A DNA stretch of 64,000 nt from a virus (IMGVR_UViG_3300003323_000257:1-64000); one strand, 5' to 3'; numbered from the stretch's first letter, positions 44,931-54,325 are shown. Program-made: numbers and translations. Notes: a model not told the origin generated them from the sequence alone.

Positions 44931-45611
44931 ATGACCATTCTAGGTTCCCTTGTTTTACATTCAGACCGACCTGTCCCTGAATTCGAATTGCCTGAACTTA
45001 AGGGACTACATAAGCGAGAAGGGCACCATGTCGGGTCCCGACACAACGGAAGCTTCCGAGAGTACTTCGACCTAGAACCCCTTGAACTGTTGGTTCCACA
45101 GAGATACAAACGTATGACTGTTCTGGCCTCCGACAACGTGAAACACGAATTGTCTGCTGAGCTTTCTACGCTGGACTCGCAGTTCGAAGGTGCTCGTCAA
45201 TTATTCAAGCTCCAGAAGTTGTTGGACCGCTTTCAAGGCCAATGGTTCTCGGTAGTCAACGTCTCCAATTTTGGTGCTGATGGTACGGCCCAAAGCGGTG
45301 GATTCTATCTATTGAGTTCAGATCATCCTCTGCACATCGCACTGGTCTTCGATTCCAATTCAGGATCAGTTCAATTGGTGTGGGCAACGTTTGATTTCAA
45401 ACGTTCCTTAAGAGAGCAACAAGGCTTCAATTATTCCTTCTTTCTCCTACCAACTGAAAGGCGTATGCCCTTGTTTGTGCCCTCTCAAGCCTTATGTAGT
45501 AAATGGTGGAGACTAACGCAAAGTTTTGATGGCCAACGGTACGGACTGTTAAAGGCCTGTAACGCCATCGAAATGATCCTTTACAAAAATCCTCACGCCG
45601 CAAAGCTATGA
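44931..45611 (+). CDS. hypothetical protein
   Basis: RBS GAGG. Confidence 0.7.
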   Translation: MTILGSLVLHSDRPVPEFELPELKGLHKREGHHVGSRHNGSFREYFDLEPLELLVPQRYKRMTVLASDNVKHELSAELSTLDSQFEGARQLFKLQKLLDRFQGQWFSVVNVSNFGADGTAQSGGFYLLSSDHPLHIALVFDSNSGSVQLVWATFDFKRSLREQQGFNYSFFLLPTERRMPLFVPSQALCSKWWRLTQSFDGQRYGLLKACNAIEMILYKNPHAAKL

Positions 45612-46615
45612 ACTATGTCGAAACTCAGTCCAAGTTAGATTTCGTACGTAATCAACTGTCACAGTACGCTGGCCCTAAAAAGGAGCAAAGTGGATCGATC
45701 TTCGTCCTCTGTCCCTTCCACTCCGAGCGCACTCCATCGTTCAGGATTTTCGTAAACGAGACTACCAAGAATCCTGGATATGGAAAATGCTATGGCTGCG
45801 GCCAATACGGAGGATGGGATAAATTGGCTCCAATGTTAGGCCTCAAACCTTTCAAAAAGGAGAAGCCTACTGAGGAGTACGCTAATTTTAGGTTACTTCC
45901 TGACGAGGAGGCGGAAGAAGAGCAGGATTTCGTTCAGGAGCCGATGAAGTTTAGTGATCTTCCGAAGAACAAACGTTGGCGTGGCATATCAACTAATCTG
46001 CTGATTGACTTAGGTGCCCGAGTGTGTCGACCGATCAATAAAGAATATGGCTTGCTGAAACCACGTCTGTGGTTACCTGTTTACATTAACGAAGAACTTA
46101 GGGGCTACATCAAAGCCCGCTTCAGGAAACATCCTGATTGGCCGTCATACATAAATGCCAAAGGTCCGTGGTCAAAGACTCACGGCCTATTTCCTTTTGA
46201 CCACTCCATCAAGCTAATGCGTTCCCTTGAGTCCAAGACTATGGTTCTCGTTGAGGGTCAACGAGATGCATTAAGATTGATCTCTCACGGTATACCTGCT
46301 TTGTGTATTCTAGGCACTCAAAGTTGGAGCTCCTCTAAGGCCAAATTGTTGGAGCTCGCTGGAGTGGAGAAGCTTATCCTTCTGTTTGACGGAGATGATG
46401 CAGGCAAAGAAGCGACTGAACTTATTTTACCAAAGGTGCAATTCATGTTCAGTGTGAAGACCCTAAAGCTGTGGTCTATGAAGGGTAGTCCTTACATTCA
46501 ATTCAAAGACGAGGAGCATCCTAGCAAGGCCGCAAAGAAGGCAGACGTAACCTTGTGGGACCCTGGCAATATGCCAGAATGGATAATCAACAAAATCAAA
46601 CGAATATATTTCTAG
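45608..46615 (+). CDS. DNA primase (Zn finger + TOPRIM)
   Basis: CPFHSERTPS...CYGC; VEGQRDA; FDGDDAG. Confidence 0.9.
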   Translation: MNYVETQSKLDFVRNQLSQYAGPKKEQSGSIFVLCPFHSERTPSFRIFVNETTKNPGYGKCYGCGQYGGWDKLAPMLGLKPFKKEKPTEEYANFRLLPDEEAEEEQDFVQEPMKFSDLPKNKRWRGISTNLLIDLGARVCRPINKEYGLLKPRLWLPVYINEELRGYIKARFRKHPDWPSYINAKGPWSKTHGLFPFDHSIKLMRSLESKTMVLVEGQRDALRLISHGIPALCILGTQSWSSSKAKLLELAGVEKLILLFDGDDAGKEATELILPKVQFMFSVKTLKLWSMKGSPYIQFKDEEHPSKAAKKADVTLWDPGNMPEWIINKIKRIYF

Positions 46616-46625
46616 GAGTACCATC

Positions 46626-47204
46626 ATGTTTATGGCCGCTAAGTTATTCTTCTCTACCTCATTAGGTAAATCTCTTCTATTGGTTTTGGCCTTCGCGCTC
46701 ACAGTGTTCGCTGCTTTCGAGTTAGGATCCAGCCACGGTTACTCCGATGGACACACGAAAGGCTTCAATGAAGGTCGAGCTTCACGTGATCCTGAAGTGC
46801 AGCACCTGCAAGACAACGTGGTAGCCTTATCAAAACTGATTAACGATGAACGCCTAGCTCAGGCCACCAAGATTGATAAACTGCAGTCTGATGCCGCCAA
46901 TCAAGCTGTGGAGACCTCTAAGAAACTCAATCAGCAAATACGCGAACGTGACAAGATTATTCAGAACTACAAAAATCAAGTACCTCCAGAGATTCAGCAG
47001 CACTGCGCGCTTTCCATGGAAACAGTTCAGGCCATCAACAAGTTAATTGACAATGCAAATGGAGTTCGAAATGAAGGACCTGTCCAAGGTGATACTGCTA
47101 CTGATAATAGTTCCTCTGGTCCTCCTGTGGATAGCCCTCACGCTAGCAACGGAGGACGAACAAATACCGATTCAAATAATAAAGGTCAAGGAGAAAACAA
47201 ATGA
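46626..47204 (+). CDS. inner-membrane spanin (Rz-like)
   Basis: N-terminal TM, coiled coil, single Cys; directly upstream of lipoprotein. Confidence 0.65.
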   Translation: MFMAAKLFFSTSLGKSLLLVLAFALTVFAAFELGSSHGYSDGHTKGFNEGRASRDPEVQHLQDNVVALSKLINDERLAQATKIDKLQSDAANQAVETSKKLNQQIRERDKIIQNYKNQVPPEIQQHCALSMETVQAINKLIDNANGVRNEGPVQGDTATDNSSSGPPVDSPHASNGGRTNTDSNNKGQGENK

Positions 47205-47494
47205 ATAGGATTAGTTTGTGGCTACTGGCTCCCTTGCTTTTGGTAGGCTGTGCGGATCAACCAGTCAAGCAAAAACCTTTGGAAGACGTGGTGCTAGTGC
47301 CTGAGAAGAAGACGGTATCGATCCCTGACGAGACATTACGAGAGTGCGATCCTCTGCCAAAAATGGAGGAGCGAAAGTACACAGAAGCTGAAACGCTTGA
47401 TTTTATGCAGTCCCTGGTTACCAACCAATCCGACTGCCGCAAAAGGAAGAGCGACGAAACGCAAACTCTAAAGAAGGCGTTCAATAGTAAATAA
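47201..47494 (+). CDS. outer-membrane spanin lipoprotein (Rz1-like)
   Basis: Lipobox LVGC, Pro-rich, two further Cys. Confidence 0.7.
   Translation: MNRISLWLLAPLLLVGCADQPVKQKPLEDVVLVPEKKTVSIPDETLRECDPLPKMEERKYTEAETLDFMQSLVTNQSDCRKRKSDETQTLKKAFNSK
47485..47493 (+). promoter_or_regulatory. putative late promoter TAGTAAATA upstream of queD
   Basis: Embedded in 3' end of o-spanin gene. Confidence 0.55.
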
Positions 47495-47569
47495 TTGGTA
47501 TCAAGGAGCCTTACAGAACTCATACCGAACTGTCAGGCTTTTCTCACCTTCGTTATGGAGTTCCTTTAA

Positions 47570-48019
47570 ATGCATTATTCGACTAAGACGTATGGGCATG
47601 AGATCGGCCTATCCTGTGTATTTCGTCAATGGAGGGCTGAAAGCCATTGCCGTTTGGCCCATGGTTATGCACTTTCCTTTAAGTTCATATTCGCTGCTGA
47701 AGAATTAGACCACAGAGGGTGGGTTTGCGATTTTGGAGGACTGAAACCTCTAAAAGGTATTCTTGAAGACACCTTCGACCATACTTTCCTGGTAGCTGAA
47801 GATGATCCTAAGTTCGATGTAATAATGGATCTTGATCGAGTTCACGGTATTGCAAAAGTAGTGCCTGTCCCTGCGGCTGGATGTGAACGCACTGCCGAAA
47901 TGGTCTACGAGGTGGCAGAACAATGGCTCAAGGATGCAGGGTACAGTCCTCGCGTTCGCTTGGTATCTGTGGAAGTTTCCGAACACGGTGCAAACAGCGC
48001 CATTTACACGAAAGATTAA
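47570..48019 (+). CDS. queD: 6-carboxy-5,6,7,8-tetrahydropterin synthase
   Basis: STKTYGH...HCRLAHGY...DFGGLK...FDH...CE..AE...V.VSE...N.A. Confidence 0.9.
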   Translation: MHYSTKTYGHEIGLSCVFRQWRAESHCRLAHGYALSFKFIFAAEELDHRGWVCDFGGLKPLKGILEDTFDHTFLVAEDDPKFDVIMDLDRVHGIAKVVPVPAAGCERTAEMVYEVAEQWLKDAGYSPRVRLVSVEVSEHGANSAIYTKD

Positions 48020-48020
48020 C

Positions 48021-48377
48021 ATGGGAAAGAAACTAGTTTGGGTAACCTTTCAGCGCAAAGGCTTTCACTTCTATCCAGGTGCACCTAGTGAGGTAGCATA
48101 TCTGCAGGATCGTCATCGCCATTTATTCAAGTTCAAGGTGAAGATTGAAGTCTTCCACGATGACCGTGAAATCGAGTTCCACATGTTCCTGAACAAGATC
48201 GAAAGCTGGTACGACAGCGGAGCACTGGAACTCAATCATAAGTCCTGTGAAATGCTGGCAGATGATCTGCACGCCAAGCTTAACAAAGAGTATGGCGGGA
48301 CCGGCAGGCCTCGCGAGTGCGTTATCGAGGTGTCTGAAGATGGGGAGTGTGGCGCTGAGTGCCACTACATGGTATGA
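48021..48377 (+). CDS. dpdL: QueD-like T-fold protein, DpdL-type (candidate CDG decarboxylase)
   Basis: LQDRHRHLF = LxxxHRHxF signature; SCEMLA; VSEDGE. Confidence 0.65.
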   Translation: MGKKLVWVTFQRKGFHFYPGAPSEVAYLQDRHRHLFKFKVKIEVFHDDREIEFHMFLNKIESWYDSGALELNHKSCEMLADDLHAKLNKEYGGTGRPRECVIEVSEDGECGAECHYMV

Positions 48378-48919
48378 AAGACAGCTCCGCCGTAAAGGAC
48401 TTTACTGGCTTAAAGTTTCCGCCTGCATCGATTGAATACGCAATGTTCGAGGGCTTTGAGCAAGAAGGTCCGTTAAAAGGAAAGTTCACGTTGTTCATTG
48501 TAGGTCCTATGCCTTATGAAGATATCCTGGCTCAACTGTCCATTAAGGACTATGACCAAATTTATTTCGGTGCAGGTGGCCGCTTCGATTACCACCCAAA
48601 ATCTGTTGAAGTCGTTTACAAGAATATCAATTCGGACGTTATCGTTACTGTGGAGAATCCAGTAATAGATTTTGACTTGATGGACTCCTGCGAGAACTTA
48701 CATTGGATGTGCCCTATGGTCTGGCATGGTGAAGCTGTTCCGAATGCGATGGCATCTTTGGCCAAGCTCAGTGAAAAGCCACGCTACTATGATGACACCA
48801 TTATAGTGAAGATTGACACTGGGTTGGCCACCTATTCTGCTTACTACGGCGCTTTAAAGCACTCCAGCTATGGTGACTACTCTGCTGACAAGCTGATAAT
48901 GCAAAAGGAAAGACAATGA
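48374..48919 (+). CDS. conserved hypothetical protein of deazaguanine cluster
   Basis: ATGA-coupled both sides; F.G.E.EG...TLFIVG...IYFGA. Confidence 0.75.
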   Translation: MKDSSAVKDFTGLKFPPASIEYAMFEGFEQEGPLKGKFTLFIVGPMPYEDILAQLSIKDYDQIYFGAGGRFDYHPKSVEVVYKNINSDVIVTVENPVIDFDLMDSCENLHWMCPMVWHGEAVPNAMASLAKLSEKPRYYDDTIIVKIDTGLATYSAYYGALKHSSYGDYSADKLIMQKERQ

Positions 48920-50085
48920 AGATTTTTTACATGGGACTAGAGAAGGTAGAGTCTCGCTACAGTCATCAGCTCACTGATTGGAACACCTCGGAATTCGAAC
49001 GCCTAGGTGTACCTTATCGAGTTGTGACTGGCTCGGAAATTCCAGCAGTGCAAGGTCAGATCGTTAATGGTTCGGTTCTTGATGCACACGGACGTACCTA
49101 CTATGCGATGACTCAAATGTCTTCCTTGGTAGCGATGATGCAAGCTGGCGAAGTAACTGAAAACGATGTGGTCTTCTTTGAGGACATGTTCACACCGGGT
49201 ATCGAAAGCCTGGCGTACATTATGGCCCAAACACCAGATAAATATCGGCCACGAGTGTACGTTCGTTGTCTGGCTCAAACTATTGATCCAGACGATTTCG
49301 TTCATCGTACTGGCATGTTTGATTGGATGCGACATTTCGAACTAATGTTGGATTCCTTCATCACTGGTATCCTGGTGGCTTCTGAAGAAATGGTTGCCCA
49401 TCTTCGTATCGCAGGATTCAAGTCCAACATTTATGTTACAGGTCTCCCGTTCGGCAAACAGGAAGTTCGTTCGCGAGTACCTCACTTGAAGGCTCTGTCC
49501 GATCGCCCTAAAGTTGTGTCATTCGCTTCACGCTGGGACGATGAAAAGCAACCATTCTTCTTCCTCCAAGTAATGGATGCGGTAAAGCAGTTGGATCCCT
49601 CTATCCAATTTCAGATCCTTACTGGAAACAAGACACTGAAGTCCAACAACGAGAAGGCCTTGCATGCTGCTAGGTCGTACGATAACAGTTGGCTTACCAT
49701 CAAAGAAGGTCTGACCAAGAATGAGTACTATCAGGAACTGGCAAACTCACGCTTGCTTATGAATACCGCACTCCAAGACTGGGTGTCAAACACAATCTCT
49801 GAAGCGGACACCCTAGGGTGTATGACTTTGTTCCCTGCGTATAGGTCCTTCCCTGAAACAGTCGGTAACCGTCCAGAGCACCTATATCTGCCATGGTCTG
49901 TGGAAGATGCTGCAGCAAAGCTGGTTAAACTAATTAATCTGGAAATGACCCAGCCTGACATTGGTAAGATTTCAGATTATCAAGACCGCTCAATTGTGAG
50001 GACAGTGAAAGTACTAAAGGGCGGCCAATCATGGGCGCGCAATACCTTAGGTTACCGTCAGCACGTCGCACGTACCAAATTCTAG
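48916..50085 (+). CDS. GT-B fold (GT4-like) glycosyltransferase
   Basis: FASRWDDEKQPFFF...YYQELANSRLL...EADTLGC..L.P...SFPE. Confidence 0.8.
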   Translation: MKIFYMGLEKVESRYSHQLTDWNTSEFERLGVPYRVVTGSEIPAVQGQIVNGSVLDAHGRTYYAMTQMSSLVAMMQAGEVTENDVVFFEDMFTPGIESLAYIMAQTPDKYRPRVYVRCLAQTIDPDDFVHRTGMFDWMRHFELMLDSFITGILVASEEMVAHLRIAGFKSNIYVTGLPFGKQEVRSRVPHLKALSDRPKVVSFASRWDDEKQPFFFLQVMDAVKQLDPSIQFQILTGNKTLKSNNEKALHAARSYDNSWLTIKEGLTKNEYYQELANSRLLMNTALQDWVSNTISEADTLGCMTLFPAYRSFPETVGNRPEHLYLPWSVEDAAAKLVKLINLEMTQPDIGKISDYQDRSIVRTVKVLKGGQSWARNTLGYRQHVARTKF

Positions 50086-50091
50086 TAAATA
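50083..50091 (+). promoter_or_regulatory. TAGTAAATA motif overlapping GT stop codon
   Basis: Read directly. Confidence 0.5.
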
Positions 50092-50100
50092 GAGGTACCT

Positions 50101-50130
50101 AGGCTGAGCCAGTCAAGGCTCAGCCTTTTC
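50101..50130 (+). terminator. terminator-like hairpin
   Basis: aggctgagcc-agtcaa-ggctcagcct tttc. Confidence 0.65.
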
Positions 50131-50147
50131 CTACCTATGAGGTTCAA

Positions 50148-50948
50148 ATGGACGCACCAAAAATTCGTAAATTCGGCATTATCGGTACCTCTTGTGCCGG
50201 TAAGACCACTCTGGCCCATACCTTGGTCGGCCGTCTTAAGTCATACGGTATCCTTGCTGATGGCTTGTTTAGCCAGGACCGGAAGTTCTCGTTTGATAAA
50301 AAATATATCGAAACAGAGGAAGCTCAGAATTGGATGATCTGCAATCTGATCGCGAAAGAGGTGGACCTGAGCCTACATGGAGACGTGGAAGTGTTGATCA
50401 CTGATAGGACTCCTATTGATCTGTTTGCCTACTACTCTCACCAACATAACACGCGATTGAGCGAAGCTTGCTGGAACTACGCTAAAGAGTGGGCTAAGAC
50501 CTACGATGCCTTGTACTTTCTGGAACCTCTTCCTTACCAGGATGATGGAAAGCGCCCATCGGATGATTTCAGGCTGGCTGTAGACGCGGAACTTCGTTTC
50601 CTAATTAAGATGATTCCTAACGTGTATCAGTTAGGACGGCATGAAGTTATGAATGACATCCTAAAGAGGATTGGCTTTAAAAAGCCTGGAGTGAAGATGG
50701 ACTTTACTCCCAAGGATGCTCAGACTCTGGCCAACCATATTCAACGCTCCTTGGTGGTCAAGCGCTCGGAAATAAAGGATGCACTTTCTGATTACGACGT
50801 GTGGATCTTAGCAGGATTGGACTTCAACATTCAATCTGTAAGATCCTATGCATCAGGTCTGTTTGGAACTTTCGTTCCCCTGGAAATCAACCTTGCTGTT
50901 TCTACGGAAACTCTAACTTTTGAATTCGACCGTTATGACCCAGAATAA
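50148..50948 (+). CDS. P-loop NTPase/kinase (NadR/AAA_28, TMP-kinase-like) with C-terminal extension
   Basis: GTSCAGKTT; ITDRTPID; YDALYFLEPLPYQDDGKR. Confidence 0.8.
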   Translation: MDAPKIRKFGIIGTSCAGKTTLAHTLVGRLKSYGILADGLFSQDRKFSFDKKYIETEEAQNWMICNLIAKEVDLSLHGDVEVLITDRTPIDLFAYYSHQHNTRLSEACWNYAKEWAKTYDALYFLEPLPYQDDGKRPSDDFRLAVDAELRFLIKMIPNVYQLGRHEVMNDILKRIGFKKPGVKMDFTPKDAQTLANHIQRSLVVKRSEIKDALSDYDVWILAGLDFNIQSVRSYASGLFGTFVPLEINLAVSTETLTFEFDRYDPE

Positions 50949-52359
50949 TAAAAGGCGGCCCTTTGGATACGTGTTGGCTGCCATAACTGCGCGCTCTCCA
51001 TCGTCTTTCATTGGCGTCAAATACGAAGACAACTCTAAGAAGCCGTATCTGTGGAAGCGAACACGCTTTAACGGATTGACCACTCATTGGACTCCTGATC
51101 GCACCATCTACTATGGCTCGCCTGGACCAAGGGCGAACGCTATTCCTACTGTTGACCTGGACGTAGTGTTTCCAATTAGCGCTCCGACAGAACCAGAGGT
51201 ATTGGTGAACGCCGGATTCGACTACGCTATGGCCTCTCCGCACCATGTTAGTGCTGGATCGGAGACCCGGAGAAACGATAAGGTAAAGCTGTTCTGTGAC
51301 TCAGGTGGGTTCCAGTTAATCAGTGGAGCCTTGGACTGGGTGGACATGGATGAATTGGCAGACACGTACAACAGAACCATCGATTACGGAATTGGCCTAG
51401 ACATACCTACGCCAGGTGAGCTACAGAAAGACTTCCTGATGCGTATGTGTGACGTGATGATCAAGAACAATCGCTATCTACGCAGCAAAGTTGTACCTGA
51501 AGTAGAGATTTATGACGTGAGTCACGGTAACACCTTACAGTTGAGAGCCAAGTTTTTGGATCGCGTATTGGCCGAAAAGAAGAAGGAACGTCGCGATGGT
51601 CAAGGATTGGCGATCGGTGCTATCGCGCAAAACTTTAAGGATGGCGGTCAGCGCCAAACTGTGGTTACTGGGTCGGTTAATCTCATATACACACTGTTAA
51701 AATCCAAAGGCCTGTACGAGAGATATCACGTATTAGGAACAACGAATTCGTTTTTTCAATTTCTGTACCACGTGCTTCTCCATTATGAAGTGGCCCCACA
51801 CATTACGGCGGACTCGACGTCCTACGTTTTGCCTGCGACGTATAATCTGATGATCGCCAACAAATTGGCTCCAGACCATTCCTTGTTATCGTTGGAGCTT
51901 CCAAAAGAGGAGCGCTCCTATACGTTGAACTGTAACTGTCCTGTGTGTTATCACGTAAAATATGCGCGTGAGTACCAGCTAATGTACATGACTAATACCT
52001 TACATGGTATGTATGCAACGGCCAACCAACGCGACCGAATCGAGGAAATAGCAGGAGAATACTTGAGGGGACGTATTGGACTAAATGAAGCGCTCTCGGT
52101 GTGTACCGGTGAACCTGCTTCGTCTCTCAAGGTGTACACAGCCATCGTAAAGTTTGCTATCGAGGCCGCCGAAAAAGGTTTTAAAGAAGCCTGGCTTTAC
52201 CATGAGAAAACATTGAATGGCTTAATGCGAGGTTCAGTCTCCACAGGCGGTTTGTTCAACAAAGGCACCAAGGCAATGTCTTCTAAGGCTAAGCGACTGG
52301 ACTCCATCCTTACTCGCTTTGAAGAGTTCCATGCAGCTAAAACAAAGGGACGCAAATGA
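50935..52359 (+). CDS. dpdA: TGT-fold DNA-guanine transglycosylase (DpdA family)
   Basis: FCDSGGFQ, LDIP, SHG, YHVLG, ADSTS, CNCPVC...H Zn site. Confidence 0.8.
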   Translation: MTQNNKRRPFGYVLAAITARSPSSFIGVKYEDNSKKPYLWKRTRFNGLTTHWTPDRTIYYGSPGPRANAIPTVDLDVVFPISAPTEPEVLVNAGFDYAMASPHHVSAGSETRRNDKVKLFCDSGGFQLISGALDWVDMDELADTYNRTIDYGIGLDIPTPGELQKDFLMRMCDVMIKNNRYLRSKVVPEVEIYDVSHGNTLQLRAKFLDRVLAEKKKERRDGQGLAIGAIAQNFKDGGQRQTVVTGSVNLIYTLLKSKGLYERYHVLGTTNSFFQFLYHVLLHYEVAPHITADSTSYVLPATYNLMIANKLAPDHSLLSLELPKEERSYTLNCNCPVCYHVKYAREYQLMYMTNTLHGMYATANQRDRIEEIAGEYLRGRIGLNEALSVCTGEPASSLKVYTAIVKFAIEAAEKGFKEAWLYHEKTLNGLMRGSVSTGGLFNKGTKAMSSKAKRLDSILTRFEEFHAAKTKGRK

Positions 52360-52847
52360 AGATACTCAAGGTTCGTAATCTGTACGGCTACCCTTCGTAC
52401 ACCGACGCCATTGTGGAGTACAGCAAGTCCATAGGAGCTTCTCTTATTCTGGATCGCACTTCTTTGTTGAAGGCTCCCAAGGAGTGGAGGATGTCCAATA
52501 AGCCAAAAATCTTGGTCGACTCCTTCACGGCCTTCCTGCAAAGCGAGGTTCCTATCATTGGCTACAAGAATGATAGAGGTGTGTATCTCAAGGATTCGCG
52601 ATTACCCCATCGAGAGCATTTGGTAGACAACGTATGTCAGGTGAAGATACCTTCCAATCTGAAGCGCGTTCCATCTAAAGTGCTGGCCTCCGCTTTGAAA
52701 GCCAAGGTCAAAAAAGACTTCCTGGACTCTATTGATCCTGAGGATCCTAACTATAAAGTGGTCAAGGGCATGATAACGATTCACCTCCCTGCGTCCTTAA
52801 AGGACCCATTCACCAAAGTAAATAAGAAGACAAAGGAGAACACATGA
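52356..52847 (+). CDS. basic hypothetical protein within deazaguanine cluster
   Basis: ATGA-coupled to dpdA and queE. Confidence 0.75.
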   Translation: MKILKVRNLYGYPSYTDAIVEYSKSIGASLILDRTSLLKAPKEWRMSNKPKILVDSFTAFLQSEVPIIGYKNDRGVYLKDSRLPHREHLVDNVCQVKIPSNLKRVPSKVLASALKAKVKKDFLDSIDPEDPNYKVVKGMITIHLPASLKDPFTKVNKKTKENT

Positions 52848-53647
52848 AAACCATCATGATTCAAAACCAAGATCGAAATATGAGTGCACGAGATTACCCG
52901 GACTCCACATTTCTACGTGTAACCTCAATGTTCCGAACCCTGCAAGGTGAAGGTCCATTCGCAGGCTTTCCAGCCGTGTTCCTTCGACTATCTGGATGTA
53001 ACTATGGTAGCAAAACGGATATGTGCACCTGGTGTGATACTTCCTTCCAATTTGACCATGGGCAGCTGCATACGATTGACCAGGTAGTAGCAGAGCTAAA
53101 TCATTTGGAAGGACGTCAGCCTTCTGACATTCTGGTAATCACTGGAGGGGAACCAACTCTTCAAAAAACTTTGCTAGGACTGATTTCAAAGGTATGGGCC
53201 AACAAATATTTCAAAACCATTCAAGTGGAAACCAATGGTACGCAGCCAAAGTTCTTTGAAGATGCTGAAGAGATGGGTCTCCTAGGTAAGGATAAAGTCA
53301 CCTTTGTAGTCTCACCGAAAGCTAACGAACGGCTCAAGAAATATCCTCAGGTTCACCCTAAGGTTAAATGGTGGGCGGATTGCTATAAGTTTGTCCTGTC
53401 TGCTGAAGAAGGTGACGCGCATCACGAAATTCCTGAATGGGCATTAACCGAGAAACATAAGCCTGTGTATGTAAGCCCTATGACAGTATACCTAAAACCA
53501 TATCAGGGTGAGGTGTCCTCTATTTGGGACGCTGACCTGGTGGATCAGGAACGCACCGCAGCAAACTACGCATACGCCGCTGCTTACGCCTTAAAACATA
53601 ACCTGCGTCTGAGTGTGCAAATGCACACCCTGACTGCCATAGCTTAA
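52844..53647 (+). CDS. queE: 7-carboxy-7-deazaguanine synthase (radical SAM)
   Basis: TLQGEG..AG.PAVFLRLSGC...CTWCDT; ITGGEP; ETNGT; VVSPK; LSVQMH. Confidence 0.92.
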   Translation: MKTIMIQNQDRNMSARDYPDSTFLRVTSMFRTLQGEGPFAGFPAVFLRLSGCNYGSKTDMCTWCDTSFQFDHGQLHTIDQVVAELNHLEGRQPSDILVITGGEPTLQKTLLGLISKVWANKYFKTIQVETNGTQPKFFEDAEEMGLLGKDKVTFVVSPKANERLKKYPQVHPKVKWWADCYKFVLSAEEGDAHHEIPEWALTEKHKPVYVSPMTVYLKPYQGEVSSIWDADLVDQERTAANYAYAAAYALKHNLRLSVQMHTLTAIA

Positions 53648-53656
53648 AGGACAAAC

Positions 53657-54325
53657 ATGAGTAAGACCAACGCTCAACTGGGACAGCAGATACACAAACA
53701 CCTGGAGGTGCTAGGTATCGAGACCCCTATGTTTGAAAATTCTCCGTCCGACCAGCTTAATATGATTACCAAGCTGGATCGCGTAGAGAAGCATTTTGCG
53801 GAGATCATGAAGTTACTCCAACTTAATCTTAATGATGACTCTCTAAGAGAGACACCAAGGCGAGTGGCAAAAATGTTTTTGAACGAGATTTTCTCCGGTC
53901 TTGATTACAATAATTTCCCTAAGTGCACCGTGATCGATAACAAGATGGGTGCTGACGAAATGGTGATCGAACGTAACATCACCATGAACTCCACTTGTGA
54001 ACATCATCTGTTGCCTATTATCGGGAAGGCACACGTAGCATACATTCCAGGTGCTAAGGTACTTGGTCTGTCCAAGATGAATCGGATTGTTCAGTTCTTC
54101 GCTGCACGTCCTCAAGTTCAGGAACGGTTGACTCTGCAAATTCATGCCGCCCTGTGTTTCATTCTTGAAACCAAAGACGTTGCGGTGGTAATCGAAGCCG
54201 AGCATATGTGTGTAAAGACCAGGGGCGTAGAGGACGCTTGCAGTGACACAGTGACTTCCAAAGTAAGTGGTGTATTCCGTAACCCAGTAACTCGTAATGA
54301 GTTCATCACCTTTACACGAAAATGA
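53657..54325 (+). CDS. folE: GTP cyclohydrolase I
   Basis: ETPRRVAK; STCEHH; GLSKMNR; RPQVQERLT; HMCV..RGV. Confidence 0.95.
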   Translation: MSKTNAQLGQQIHKHLEVLGIETPMFENSPSDQLNMITKLDRVEKHFAEIMKLLQLNLNDDSLRETPRRVAKMFLNEIFSGLDYNNFPKCTVIDNKMGADEMVIERNITMNSTCEHHLLPIIGKAHVAYIPGAKVLGLSKMNRIVQFFAARPQVQERLTLQIHAALCFILETKDVAVVIEAEHMCVKTRGVEDACSDTVTSKVSGVFRNPVTRNEFITFTRK

